Assembly: GCA_026989015.1 (NCBI GenBank)
Contig: JALSKD010000179.1
Coordinates: 42,662-106,661, forward strand
DNA: 64,000 bases
Direction: 5' to 3'
DNA from: Gammaproteobacteria bacterium
Lineage (GTDB): Bacteria; Pseudomonadota; Gammaproteobacteria; GCA-001735895
Under the pieces are notes generated by a model. The model was not told the origin of the DNA, did not search any database, and saw only the letters and a program-made list of their open reading frames with translations. Positions within the stretch are counted from its first letter, which is position 1, and the number at the start of each line of letters is the position of its first letter. This document shows, piece by piece, positions 51,830-61,308 of the stretch. A program made the translations under genes and the position numbers.

Positions 51830-53169
51830 GACAAGCCCTCCACCAGGCGTCGGAAATGCGCGCCGCGCTCGGCAAAATTCGGATACTGGTCGAAACTGGC
51901 GCAGGCCGGAGACAGCAGCACCGCATCACCGGGCCGGGCCAGACGCTGCGCCAGCGCCACCGCCTGCGGCAAGTCCTCCACCCGGTGGAGGGCGCAGGCA
52001 CCGGCCCAGACCCGTTCCATCTGCGGCGCGTCTTCGCCGAACAGGATCGCCGCGCGCGCCCTTTGGCGCAGCGCCGGCACCAGCACCGTCATGTCCGCGC
52101 CCTTGCCCTGTCCGCCGGCGAGCAGGATCACCGGCCGTTCCAGGCCTTCCAGCGCGGCCCGTGTGGCGCCCGGATTGGTGCCCTTGGAATCGTTGATCCA
52201 CAGCACGCCATCGATCTCCGCCAGCCATTCGCTGCGGTGCGGCAGACCGGCAAAGGCCGTAACGCCTTCGATCAGGGCGCGTTCATCGATCCGGCCACTG
52301 GCCTCTGCCAGCGCCATCGCCGCCAGTGCGTTGGACCAGTTGTGGTGTCCCTGAATCTTCAGTGCGGAAACCGGCAGCAGCGGCCGCCGTTCGTGACCCA
52401 GCCAGGTTTCGCCCTTGTGATCGATCAGGTGCCAGGCTGCGGTATCGTCGCTCAGGGAGAAAGCGTGTGCACGGTCCGTACAGGGCAGGTTGTCCGCATC
52501 CCGGTTGCAGACCCGGATACGGGCCGTTTCAAGCAGCGACAACTTGGTCCGCCGGTAGTCGGCCAGGTCCTCGTAGCGGTCCAGATGATCCTCGCTGATG
52601 TTGAGCACGGTGGCCGCCAGCGGCCGCAGACTGCGGGTGGTTTCCAGCTGGAAGCTGGACAGTTCCAGCACATACAGCGCATGCCCCTGGCCGAGCAGAT
52701 CCAGCGCCGGCGTGCCGATGTTGCCGCCCACGCCGGCCGACACGCCCGCCGCCTCGAAGATGCTGCCGACCAGCCGGGTGACGGTGCTCTTGCCGTTGGA
52801 ACCGGTAATCGCAATCACCGGCGCATCCGCGGCTTCGGCGAACAGTTCGATGTCGCCAATGATGCGCTTGCCCTGCTCCGCCAGCCGCCGCAGCGCCGGA
52901 TGCCGCACCGACAGGCCGGGGCTGACCACCAGGCAATCGAACTCATCGGCGGCGATGGTATCCAGCGGTCCCTGCGTGAAGGACACCTCCGGAAAGGCTT
53001 CGCGCAGTGGCCGCAGGCCCGGCGGCTCGGGCCGGTCGTCACGCACCGTCACCGCATAGCCACGGGCCAGCAGGTAACGGGCTGCCGACAGGCCGCTCAG
53101 GCCCAGCCCCAGCACCAGGTAGCGCTCATCGGCATGCAACAGGGGTGTCTGTGTCGTCATCGCCTGCAT
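51826..53169 (-). CDS. murD: UDP-MurNAc-L-Ala--D-glutamate ligase
   Basis: GLGLSG, TGSNGKSTV, ELSSFQLE, NDSKGTN, SPACASFD. Confidence 0.96.
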   Translation of the reverse strand: MQAMTTQTPLLHADERYLVLGLGLSGLSAARYLLARGYAVTVRDDRPEPPGLRPLREAFPEVSFTQGPLDTIAADEFDCLVVSPGLSVRHPALRRLAEQGKRIIGDIELFAEAADAPVIAITGSNGKSTVTRLVGSIFEAAGVSAGVGGNIGTPALDLLGQGHALYVLELSSFQLETTRSLRPLAATVLNISEDHLDRYEDLADYRRTKLSLLETARIRVCNRDADNLPCTDRAHAFSLSDDTAAWHLIDHKGETWLGHERRPLLPVSALKIQGHHNWSNALAAMALAEASGRIDERALIEGVTAFAGLPHRSEWLAEIDGVLWINDSKGTNPGATRAALEGLERPVILLAGGQGKGADMTVLVPALRQRARAAILFGEDAPQMERVWAGACALHRVEDLPQAVALAQRLARPGDAVLLSPACASFDQYPNFAERGAHFRRLVEGLS

Positions 53170-54251
53170 CACCGTACCTTCAGACTCGCCAGCCCGATCA
53201 GCACCAGGATGACGGTGATGATCCAGAAGCGCACGATGATGCGCGGCTCGGGCCAGCCCTTGAGTTCGAAATGATGGTGCAGCGGCGCCATGCGGAAAAT
53301 GCGCCGTCCGGTAAGCTTGTAGGAAGCCACCTGCAGCACCACCGATACCGTCTCCACCACGAAGATGCCGCCCATGATCGCCAACACCAGTTCCTGGCGC
53401 ACGATCACCGCCACCACGCCCAGCGCGGCGCCCAGCGCCAGCGCGCCGACATCGCCCATGAACACCTGGGCCGGGTAGGTGTTGAACCACAGGAATCCCA
53501 GACCGGCGCCAACGATCGCGCCGCAGAATACGGCGATCTCACCCACGCCCGGCACATAGGGTATGCCGAGATAATTGGCAAAGTTGACATGGCCGGTGAC
53601 ATAGGCGAACACGCCCAGCGCACCGCCCACCAGCACCGTCGGCAGGATCGCCAGCCCGTCCAGCCCGTCGGTGAGGTTGACCGCGTTGCTGCTGCCGACG
53701 ATCACCAGATAGGCCAGCAGGATGTAGCCGGGGCCGAGGTCGATGATGACATTCTTGATGAAGGGCAGGATCAGCTGCGTCTCGATCGGCACATGGGCCG
53801 TGGTGTAGAGAATACCGGCGGCGGTGAAACCGATCACCGACTGCCAGAAGTACTTGGCGCGCGCCGACAGGCCTTTGGAATTGCCCAGCGCCAGTTTCTT
53901 GTAGTCGTCGATCCAGCCGACCAGGCCGAACCCGACGGTCACGAACAGCGTCACCCAGACGAAACGCGAGCCCAGATCGCTCCACAACAGGGTACTGACC
54001 ACGATGGCCACCAGGATCAGCGCGCCGCCCATGGTCGGTGTGCCTGCCTTGCTGAAATGAGAGGCCGGGCCGTCGTCCCGCACCTGCTGGCCGATGTTGT
54101 AGCGCGACAGATAGCGAATCATCTTCGGCCCCACCAGCAACGAAATCAGCAGCGCCGTCAGCACCCCGAGTATGGTGCGGAAGGTCAGGTACTGGAACAG
54201 GTTGAACCCGCTGTAAAACTGGGTCAGATAGATGGCCAGGCTATACAGCAT
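53169..54251 (-). CDS. mraY: Phospho-MurNAc-pentapeptide transferase
   Basis: [32 protein letters not shown]. Confidence 0.97.
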   Translation of the reverse strand: MLYSLAIYLTQFYSGFNLFQYLTFRTILGVLTALLISLLVGPKMIRYLSRYNIGQQVRDDGPASHFSKAGTPTMGGALILVAIVVSTLLWSDLGSRFVWVTLFVTVGFGLVGWIDDYKKLALGNSKGLSARAKYFWQSVIGFTAAGILYTTAHVPIETQLILPFIKNVIIDLGPGYILLAYLVIVGSSNAVNLTDGLDGLAILPTVLVGGALGVFAYVTGHVNFANYLGIPYVPGVGEIAVFCGAIVGAGLGFLWFNTYPAQVFMGDVGALALGAALGVVAVIVRQELVLAIMGGIFVVETVSVVLQVASYKLTGRRIFRMAPLHHHFELKGWPEPRIIVRFWIITVILVLIGLASLKVR

Positions 54252-55623
54252 GCGTGCCTCCCGGGTGGCTGGGGGTCGCGCTGAGCGCCTTGACCAGCTC
54301 GTCCATGCCGGCACTGCGCGAGCCCTTGATCAGCAGCGTCACATCCGGGTGCAGACGCTGAGCGAGAAATTCGGCCATCAGGCCCTTGTCGGAAAAACAG
54401 AAACCCTGCTTGCCGAAAACCTCGGCGGCCCTGCAGCAGTGCGGCCCAAAGGCATAGAACTCCTCGACGCCGAGTTGGCGAGCCAGTTCCACCGTTTCTC
54501 GGTGCAATGCATCCGCGCGCTCGCCCAGTTCGGCCATGTCGCCGAGCGCCAGCCAGCGCACGCCACCCTGGACATGCAGCACACGCAGCGCGGCGGCCAC
54601 GGAGTCCGGGTTGGCGTTGTAGCTGTCGTCAATGATCCGGCTGCGGTTGAGTCCGGGCACGATCTGCTGCCGCCCCGGTACGCCGCTGAACCCCTCCAGC
54701 GCACGGCCGGCATCGATCAGCGGCATGCCCGCGGCGACGGCCAGCGAAACCGCCGCCAGCGCATTGTAGACATTGTGTTCGCCCTGCATTGCCAGCAGGA
54801 AGGCACCGTCCTCGATGCCGTCGGTGTAGCGCACGCTGAGTCCGTCCGGATGCTGGCGATAGCCGCCGGTAATGTCGGCATCGTGGCGGATCGAGAAGTC
54901 CAGTTTCTGCTCCGGCACCGCAATCGCACGCCAGTAGTCCACCGCATCCTCGTCGTCGTTGAACACGGCGATGGCATCGGGGCGCGCGCATTCGTACATC
55001 TCGCCCTTGGAGCGAATCACGCCCTGCAACGAACCGAAGCCCTCCATGTGCGCGCTGCGCGCGTTATTGACCAGTACGATATCCGGGTCGGCAATGGCCA
55101 CCAGTTTCTCGATTTCGTGACGGTGGTTGGCCCCCATCTCGATCACCGCATAACGGTGTGACGAGGACAACTCGAGCAGCGTCAGCGGCACACCGATGTG
55201 ATTGTTCAGGTTGCCCCGGGTGGCCAGCACCTGTTCCGGCGCGCGGCAGCGGGAAAGAATCCGCCGAGTCATTTCCTTGACCGTGGTCTTGCCGTTGCTG
55301 CCGGTGATGGCAATCACCGTCGGCTGCATCTGTTCGCGCCAGTGCCAGGCCAGGGCACCCAACGCGGCCAGGCTGCTGTCGACGACCAGTTGCGGTACAT
55401 CGACCGCCAGTTCCCGTTCCACCAGCAACGCCACCGCGCCGCGTTCGATGGCGTCGGTCGCGTAGTCATGTCCGTCGAAACGCTCACCGTTGAGCGCCAC
55501 GAACAGCCGGCCCGCACATTCGGAACGGCTGTCGCTCTGTACGCCACGAAAGGCAGTGGTGACATCACCGATCACCCGGGCATCGAGCCATTCGGCCGCG
55601 CGCTGCAGGTCCAGCTCGATCAT
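54241..55623 (-). CDS. murF: UDP-MurNAc-tripeptide--D-Ala-D-Ala ligase
   Basis: [30 protein letters not shown]. Confidence 0.96.
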   Translation of the reverse strand: MIELDLQRAAEWLDARVIGDVTTAFRGVQSDSRSECAGRLFVALNGERFDGHDYATDAIERGAVALLVERELAVDVPQLVVDSSLAALGALAWHWREQMQPTVIAITGSNGKTTVKEMTRRILSRCRAPEQVLATRGNLNNHIGVPLTLLELSSSHRYAVIEMGANHRHEIEKLVAIADPDIVLVNNARSAHMEGFGSLQGVIRSKGEMYECARPDAIAVFNDDEDAVDYWRAIAVPEQKLDFSIRHDADITGGYRQHPDGLSVRYTDGIEDGAFLLAMQGEHNVYNALAAVSLAVAAGMPLIDAGRALEGFSGVPGRQQIVPGLNRSRIIDDSYNANPDSVAAALRVLHVQGGVRWLALGDMAELGERADALHRETVELARQLGVEEFYAFGPHCCRAAEVFGKQGFCFSDKGLMAEFLAQRLHPDVTLLIKGSRSAGMDELVKALSATPSHPGGTHAV

Positions 55624-57149
55624 GCCCCGCCCTCCAGCCAGTGGGTGACCACGCGGCGGTCGGAGAACGGAAGACGGCGATCGCCGACGATCTGTACCTG
55701 CTCATGACCCTTGCCGGCAATCAGCACCAGGTCGCGTTCCGTGGCCTGTTCCAGAGCGGTCTCGATGGCATTCTGGCGATCATGGATCACACGAACCCGC
55801 TGTGGGTCGGCAAAGCCTTCGAGGATGTCCTGCATGATCTGTTGCGGCGGCTCGTTGCGCGGATTGTCGTCGGTGACGATGACCTCGTCGGCCAGCCGCT
55901 CGGCCACTGCCGCCATGCGCGGCCGCTTGCCGCGGTCGCGATCTCCGCCGCAGCCAAAGACGCAGAACAGCCGGCCTCCACAAAACGCGCGCAGCGATTC
56001 CAGACAGGCTTCCAGCGCCTGCTCGGTATGAGCGAAGTCGATGACCACCGCCGGCTGTCCCCGACGGGCAGGAAAGAACTCCATGCGCCCGGGCACCGGT
56101 TGCACCTCCTGCAGAGCGGCCTCGATCGCACGCGGCGGCAGATCCAGCGCACGCAACACGGCGATGACCGCCAGCAGGTTCTCCACGTTGAACAGCCCCA
56201 CCAGAGCGCTCTGGATGTCCAGCACTTCGCCGTCGCAGTCGACAGTGATGCGCAATCCGCGTACTTCCATGGCGCTGTCGGCCAGTCGCACCCGGGCTGC
56301 GGCATCGCCACGGCGGCTGTAGCCAATCACCGTTTCCGCTGACCGCCTTGCGGCCAGTTCACGGCCCAGCGCATCGTCGAGATTGAGAACCTGCTGTCGT
56401 GGCTCGCAGCAATCGAAGAGTTTCGCCTTGGCGGCGGCGTAGCGCGCGCGGTCTCCGTGGTAGTCGAGATGATCCTGACCAAGATTGGTCAACACCGCAA
56501 TATCGAAAGCGCAACCGGCCACACGATGCTGGTCCAGCGCGTGGGACGATACCTCCATCACCACCACATCACTGCCCTGGTGACGCAGTTCGGCCAACTG
56601 GGCCTGCAACTGCAGGGCATCGGGCGTCGTGAAGCCGGTCGGCACCAGCCGTCCGGGCTGGCCGTAACCCAGGGTGCCGATGCTGCCGGGGTGACGCCCG
56701 AGCTTCGACAGGGCCTGCACCAGCAGGTGGGTGACGCTGGTCTTGCCATCGGTGCCGGTAACGCCGATCAACGCATAAGCCCGAGACGGATGCTGATGGA
56801 AACGGCTGGCGATCTCACCGACCCGGGCCTGCAAGCCGGTCACACCGATCCAGACTCCCGGATATTGACGCTGCAGCAGAGCAACGCGATCCCGGGCATA
56901 GCCGTCGGCGGCATCATAGAGCACCGCCAGAGCGCCGGCGTCCAGGGCCGCGGCGGCGAAATCCACGCCGGGCCGCCCCAGACCGCTTTCGGCAATGAAC
57001 AGATCGCCAGGGCGCACGCGCCGGCTGTCGCTGCTCAGCCCGCTGACCGGCTGCTGCCGTTGCGCGGCGGACAAGGGCGCCGACAAGGGCAGCCCGTGCA
57101 ACAGACTGCCCAGGCTGTGTCCGGCGCTGGAGACGGGTTGCGTCATCAT
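55620..57149 (-). CDS. murE: UDP-MurNAc-dipeptide--meso-DAP ligase
   Basis: MEVSSH, DHLDYH, GCGGDRD, DNPR, AGKGHE. Confidence 0.96.
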   Translation of the reverse strand: MMTQPVSSAGHSLGSLLHGLPLSAPLSAAQRQQPVSGLSSDSRRVRPGDLFIAESGLGRPGVDFAAAALDAGALAVLYDAADGYARDRVALLQRQYPGVWIGVTGLQARVGEIASRFHQHPSRAYALIGVTGTDGKTSVTHLLVQALSKLGRHPGSIGTLGYGQPGRLVPTGFTTPDALQLQAQLAELRHQGSDVVVMEVSSHALDQHRVAGCAFDIAVLTNLGQDHLDYHGDRARYAAAKAKLFDCCEPRQQVLNLDDALGRELAARRSAETVIGYSRRGDAAARVRLADSAMEVRGLRITVDCDGEVLDIQSALVGLFNVENLLAVIAVLRALDLPPRAIEAALQEVQPVPGRMEFFPARRGQPAVVIDFAHTEQALEACLESLRAFCGGRLFCVFGCGGDRDRGKRPRMAAVAERLADEVIVTDDNPRNEPPQQIMQDILEGFADPQRVRVIHDRQNAIETALEQATERDLVLIAGKGHEQVQIVGDRRLPFSDRRVVTHWLEGGA

Positions 57150-58885
57150 TGCCGCCCTCCCGGGTACTCCGACTGCAGAGGCCCCAGCGCCAGCTGCCCC
57201 CCCGCCTCCACGGCATCCGGGGAGACATTGAGCAGACGCAGCGCCTGGGTCATCACCTCGCGGAACACCGGGGCTGCCACCGCACCGCCATAATAGCCCT
57301 TGTCCTTGTCGGGGTCGTCGATCATCACCGCCATCACCAGCCTTGGGTCGCTGGCCGGCGCGATGCCGGCAAATACCGAAAGATAGCGGTCATCGAGGTA
57401 GCCGCCACCGGGGGCGGTCTTCTTCACGGTACCGGTCTTGCCGGCCACACGGTAACCGGATATTGCTGCCTTGCGGGCCGTACCCTCAGGCCCGACGACC
57501 TGTTCCAGCATGGTGCGGATCTGGCGCGCGGTCTCCGGTTTCATCACCTGCCGGGCAGGCACCGGTGTTCCGGGTTCACGGCGCAGCAGCGTCAGATCGA
57601 CCAGCTTGCCGTCATTGGCGAAGATGCTGTAGGCCCGCGCCAGCTGCAGCACCGATACCGACAGGCCGTAACCGAAGGCCATGGTAGCCTGATCCAGCGG
57701 ACGCCAGTTGCTGTAGTGACTGAAATAGCCGCTGGAGGCGGCCGGAAACTCGACTCCCGTGTCCTCGCCAAAGCCGTAGTCGCGGAAGGCCTGCCACAGG
57801 GCTTCGGCCGGCATCGACTGGGCCACCTTGGCCGCCCCCACATTGCTGGACTTGCGCAGTATGCCGGCCAGATCGAGAACACCGTAATTGCGGAAATCCC
57901 GGATCGGGTAGCCGGTGACGCGCATGTAGCCGGGACGGGTATCGATACGGCTGCTGGCAGTGAACAAGCCCTGATCCATGGCCGCGGCCAGGGTGAAAGG
58001 CTTCATCGTCGATCCAGGCTCGAAGACATCGGTGATGGCACGGTTTCGCCGGGCAGCGGCAGAACTCTTGCGCCGCTGATTGGGGTTGTAGGAGGGCAGA
58101 TTGGCGATCGCCAGTACCTCGCCACTGTGCGCATCCAGCAGCACGGCGCTGCCCGAGCGCGCATTGAAGCGGCGCAGGGTGGCCGCCAGGCTGCGGTAGG
58201 TCAGGTACTGCAGGCGCATGTCGATACTGGTGATCACATCCTCGCCATTGCGCGCCGCCTGCAACTGGGCGATGTTTTCCACCACCTCGCCCTTGCGGTT
58301 GCGGATGACCTTGCGTTTGCCGGGCACGGCTTTCAGCTGCTGTTGGTACACCCGCTCCAGCCCTTCCTGCCCGACACCGTCGATGTTGGTGAAGCCGACC
58401 ACATGGGCCACCACCTCGCCGGCCGGATAAAAGCGGTCGTATTCACGCTGCAGGTACACACCCTCGGCCGCGGTGGCTGCCTGCTTCGCCAGTTCCGGCT
58501 CGACCCGGCGCTTGATGTAGACGAACTCCTTGCGCGCCCGCTGCTGCAGGCGCTTGAGCAGCTCGGAATAGTCGAGCTTGAGCAGGCGCGCGGTCTTGCG
58601 CAGACCATCGCGATCCAGCAGCGCCTGGCGCGGATTGGCCCATACCGAATCCACCGGCGTACTGATCGCCAGCGGATTTCCCTCGCGGTCGAGAATGCTG
58701 CCGCGGTAGGCCGGCGTGGTCAGCACCCTCAACTGACGCTGGCTGCCCTCGTCGAGCAGGAAATCCTGCTGCACCACCTGCAACCAGGCCGCACGGCCGA
58801 CCAGGCCGACGAACAGCAACGCCAGCACCGCCAGCACCAGGTAGTGCCGCAGTGCAAAAAAGCCGTGTTGCCGGTTCTCGCTCAT
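57146..58885 (-). CDS. ftsI: Penicillin-binding protein 3 (FtsI)
   Basis: EPGSTMK (SxxK), SSN, KTG motifs. Confidence 0.96.
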   Translation of the reverse strand: MSENRQHGFFALRHYLVLAVLALLFVGLVGRAAWLQVVQQDFLLDEGSQRQLRVLTTPAYRGSILDREGNPLAISTPVDSVWANPRQALLDRDGLRKTARLLKLDYSELLKRLQQRARKEFVYIKRRVEPELAKQAATAAEGVYLQREYDRFYPAGEVVAHVVGFTNIDGVGQEGLERVYQQQLKAVPGKRKVIRNRKGEVVENIAQLQAARNGEDVITSIDMRLQYLTYRSLAATLRRFNARSGSAVLLDAHSGEVLAIANLPSYNPNQRRKSSAAARRNRAITDVFEPGSTMKPFTLAAAMDQGLFTASSRIDTRPGYMRVTGYPIRDFRNYGVLDLAGILRKSSNVGAAKVAQSMPAEALWQAFRDYGFGEDTGVEFPAASSGYFSHYSNWRPLDQATMAFGYGLSVSVLQLARAYSIFANDGKLVDLTLLRREPGTPVPARQVMKPETARQIRTMLEQVVGPEGTARKAAISGYRVAGKTGTVKKTAPGGGYLDDRYLSVFAGIAPASDPRLVMAVMIDDPDKDKGYYGGAVAAPVFREVMTQALRLLNVSPDAVEAGGQLALGPLQSEYPGGRQ

Positions 58886-59181
58886 CGTCCGCTTGCCGCT
58901 CCGTTCATGCCGCCTGCCTGCTGCAGGCGGATCATGCGTATGTCTTCGGGCATTTCCATGCCCAGTTTTCTGCGCGCCATGCTCTCCACATTGGCCTGGG
59001 TCAACAGGGTGCCGATCTGCAACTGCAGGCGGCTCCACTGGATCATCTCCCTGTCTTGCCGCCGCTGCACCTCGCGCAATTCGGAGAACAGCACCCGGCT
59101 CTGGTGTTTCACATAGATCACGCTCATCCCGCTGCCGATGACCAGCGTCACCAGCAGCAACAACAGGTAGCCCCGGTGCAT
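58882..59181 (-). CDS. ftsL: Cell division protein FtsL
   Basis: TM plus leucine zipper, ARRKLGM; position between rsmH and ftsI. Confidence 0.88.
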   Translation of the reverse strand: MHRGYLLLLLVTLVIGSGMSVIYVKHQSRVLFSELREVQRRQDREMIQWSRLQLQIGTLLTQANVESMARRKLGMEMPEDIRMIRLQQAGGMNGAASGR

Positions 59182-60119
59182 CAGGCGATGCGCTCGGCGA
59201 CCCGCAGCACCGCGCTGCGCGCGCGCGGATTCTCCGCCAGTTCGGCGTCGGACGCCTTGACTGCCCTGCCGATCAGCCGCAGACGCTGGCGCATATCCCG
59301 CTCCGACTCCCGCAACGGCAGACCACGCGGCAGCGCCGGGGCCGTGGACTCCTTGCGGAAGAAACGCTTGACCAAGCGGTCTTCCAGCGAATGAAAACTG
59401 ATGATCGCCACCCGCCCCCCGATGCGCAGCACATCGAACAGATCGTCAAGGAGGTGCTGCAATTGCTCCAGTTCACGGTTGACGCGGATGCGGATGGCCT
59501 GAAAACTGCGCGTGGCCGGGTGCTTTTTCTCGCGCCCCGCGGGTACGCATTCGCGGATCAGCTCGGCCAGCTGACGGGTGTCGCGTAACGGTTCTTCCGC
59601 CCTGCGCTCGACGATGCGACGGGCAATGCGCCGCGCATGGCGTTCCTCGCCGAGCCGCCTCAACACATCGCTGATCTCCTGCTCGTCGGCGCTCATCAGC
59701 CAGTCGGCGGCGGAGAGGCTCTGCTCAGGGTTCATGCGCATGTCCAGCGGACCGCTGGCCTGAAAGCTGAAGCCACGCGCGGCATCGTCCAGTTGCGGCG
59801 AGGAAACGCCCAGATCGAGCAGCAAGCCGTCCACCTGCTCAAGCAGGCCCAGCACTTCGAGATGGCGGCGCAGTTGCGCGTAGTCGTCATGAATAATGGT
59901 CACCCGCTCGTCCTCACCGTGTTCCTGCTCGGCGGCGGCTATGGCTTCCGGATCACGGTCCATTACCAGCAGACGCCCGGCAGGACCAAGCCGGCCAAGG
60001 ATCTGCCGGGCATGTCCGCCGCGACCATAGGTGCCGTCCACATACAGCCCGTCGGGCCGGATTGCCAGGGCGTCGATGACTTCCCCGGGCAACACCGGCC
60101 GGTGCTCGCCGCCTGTCAC
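59181..60119 (-). CDS. rsmH: 16S rRNA m4C1402 methyltransferase
   Basis: HRPVL, DGTYGRGGH, DLGVSSPQ, FHSLED, NPRARSA. Confidence 0.96.
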   Translation of the reverse strand: MTGGEHRPVLPGEVIDALAIRPDGLYVDGTYGRGGHARQILGRLGPAGRLLVMDRDPEAIAAAEQEHGEDERVTIIHDDYAQLRRHLEVLGLLEQVDGLLLDLGVSSPQLDDAARGFSFQASGPLDMRMNPEQSLSAADWLMSADEQEISDVLRRLGEERHARRIARRIVERRAEEPLRDTRQLAELIRECVPAGREKKHPATRSFQAIRIRVNRELEQLQHLLDDLFDVLRIGGRVAIISFHSLEDRLVKRFFRKESTAPALPRGLPLRESERDMRQRLRLIGRAVKASDAELAENPRARSAVLRVAERIA

Positions 60120-60565
60120 AGCGACAGCTCCATCAATGCCGGCGGGATCTCCTCATCGTCATAGTCCTCCTGACACAGCTTCTCCCAGCGTTCCTGATCC
60201 CAGAGTTCGAACTTGTTGCCCTGGCCGATCAGCACCACCTTGCGGCCGAGGTGCGCATAGTCGCGCAGCGGCTGCGACAGCATGATGCGGCCGTTGGCAT
60301 CCACTTCCACATCGGTGGCGTAACCGATCAGCTTGCGCTGGATACGGCGCACCGCCTTGTTGAATCCGGGCAGGGCATTGATCTTTTCCTCGACGATCTC
60401 CCACTCGTTGAGCGGATAGATCAGCAGGCAGGGCTGATCGGTGTCGATGGTCACCACCAGCTGGCCGCTGCAGATTTCGGACAGGCGCTCACGATAACGC
60501 GCAGGGAGCACCATGCGCCCCTTCGCATCGATCGTCAGATTGGAAGCTCCCCGAAATTTCAGCAC
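60116..60565 (-). CDS. mraZ: Transcriptional regulator MraZ
   Basis: FRG, IDAKGR, DANGRI, FELWD. Confidence 0.95.
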   Translation of the reverse strand: MLKFRGASNLTIDAKGRMVLPARYRERLSEICSGQLVVTIDTDQPCLLIYPLNEWEIVEEKINALPGFNKAVRRIQRKLIGYATDVEVDANGRIMLSQPLRDYAHLGRKVVLIGQGNKFELWDQERWEKLCQEDYDDEEIPPALMELSL

Positions 60566-60580
60566 CGTGTTGTTGTCCTG

Positions 60581-60647
60581 TTATTCCACTAAATGACACT
60601 TTCCCCCACCAATGTGCACAGTATGGCCGTCAAGACCCACAAGTCAA
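60581..60647 (-). promoter_or_regulatory. mraZ/dcw promoter with four GTG boxes at 10-bp spacing (MraZ operator-like)
   Basis: CAC on + strand at 60587, 60597, 60607, 60617; minus-strand TTGACT-N16-CATACT just upstream. Confidence 0.65.
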
Positions 60648-60887
60648 GTAAAAACAGGATGAATGGCGTCGCATTTCTTCAATGGCAACAAGGACTTAGC
60701 TAATGTTTCGCCGACTGAAGAACAATCATCGGATTTATCAACAACTAACGCACAGAAGTTAAAGTAAAGTCTCAAGATTCCATGAAAAACACGGGTTCAG
60801 GCGAACAAAAGAGAACATTTTGAGAACGCAAGGGCGTCGGACCGGACCTTGGCCAAACGAGGGTGAGCGCGAAACCGATTGCTGCAG

Positions 60888-60923
60888 AAAAAAGCCGCCG
60901 CTGCCCGAGGGGCAACGGCGGCT
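60888..60923 (-). terminator. Intrinsic terminator of rnpB
   Basis: Minus strand AGCCGCCGTTGCCC-loop-GGGCAGCGGCGGCT followed by a T-run. Confidence 0.8.
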
Positions 60924-60930
60924 GAATCAA

Positions 60931-61281
60931 GGCAAGCCAGCCTGTAAGCCGGGTTCTGTCGAGGATGACCATTCATCTGGACCCCATGTCACCACGGGGC
61001 CTCAAGCGACCAACCCGAAAGCGGCGCGGGCCACGCCATGGCTTTCCTATTTGGTCTTGCTCCGGGCGGGGTTTACCCTGCCACTGCCGTTACCGGCAGC
61101 GCGGTGCGCTCTTACCGCACCTTTTCACCCTTGCCGGCAGCCGAGGCTGCTTGGGCGGTCTGTTTTCTGTGGCACTTTCCGTAGGCTTTCGCCCCCCAGG
61201 CGTTACCTGGCGCCCTGCCCTGCGGAGCCCGGACTTTCCTCCAGCGTCTTGCGACGCCAGCGGTCATCCGGCTGGCTTGCC
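60931..61281 (-). ncRNA. rnpB: RNase P RNA, bacterial type A
   Basis: Minus strand GAGGAAAGTCCGGGCTCC near the 5' end, GACAGAACCCGGCTTA near the 3' end, complementary termini (P1), TATAAT just upstream. Confidence 0.96.
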
Positions 61282-61308
61282 GGTCCATTATACCCGAAAA
61301 CGGCCATT

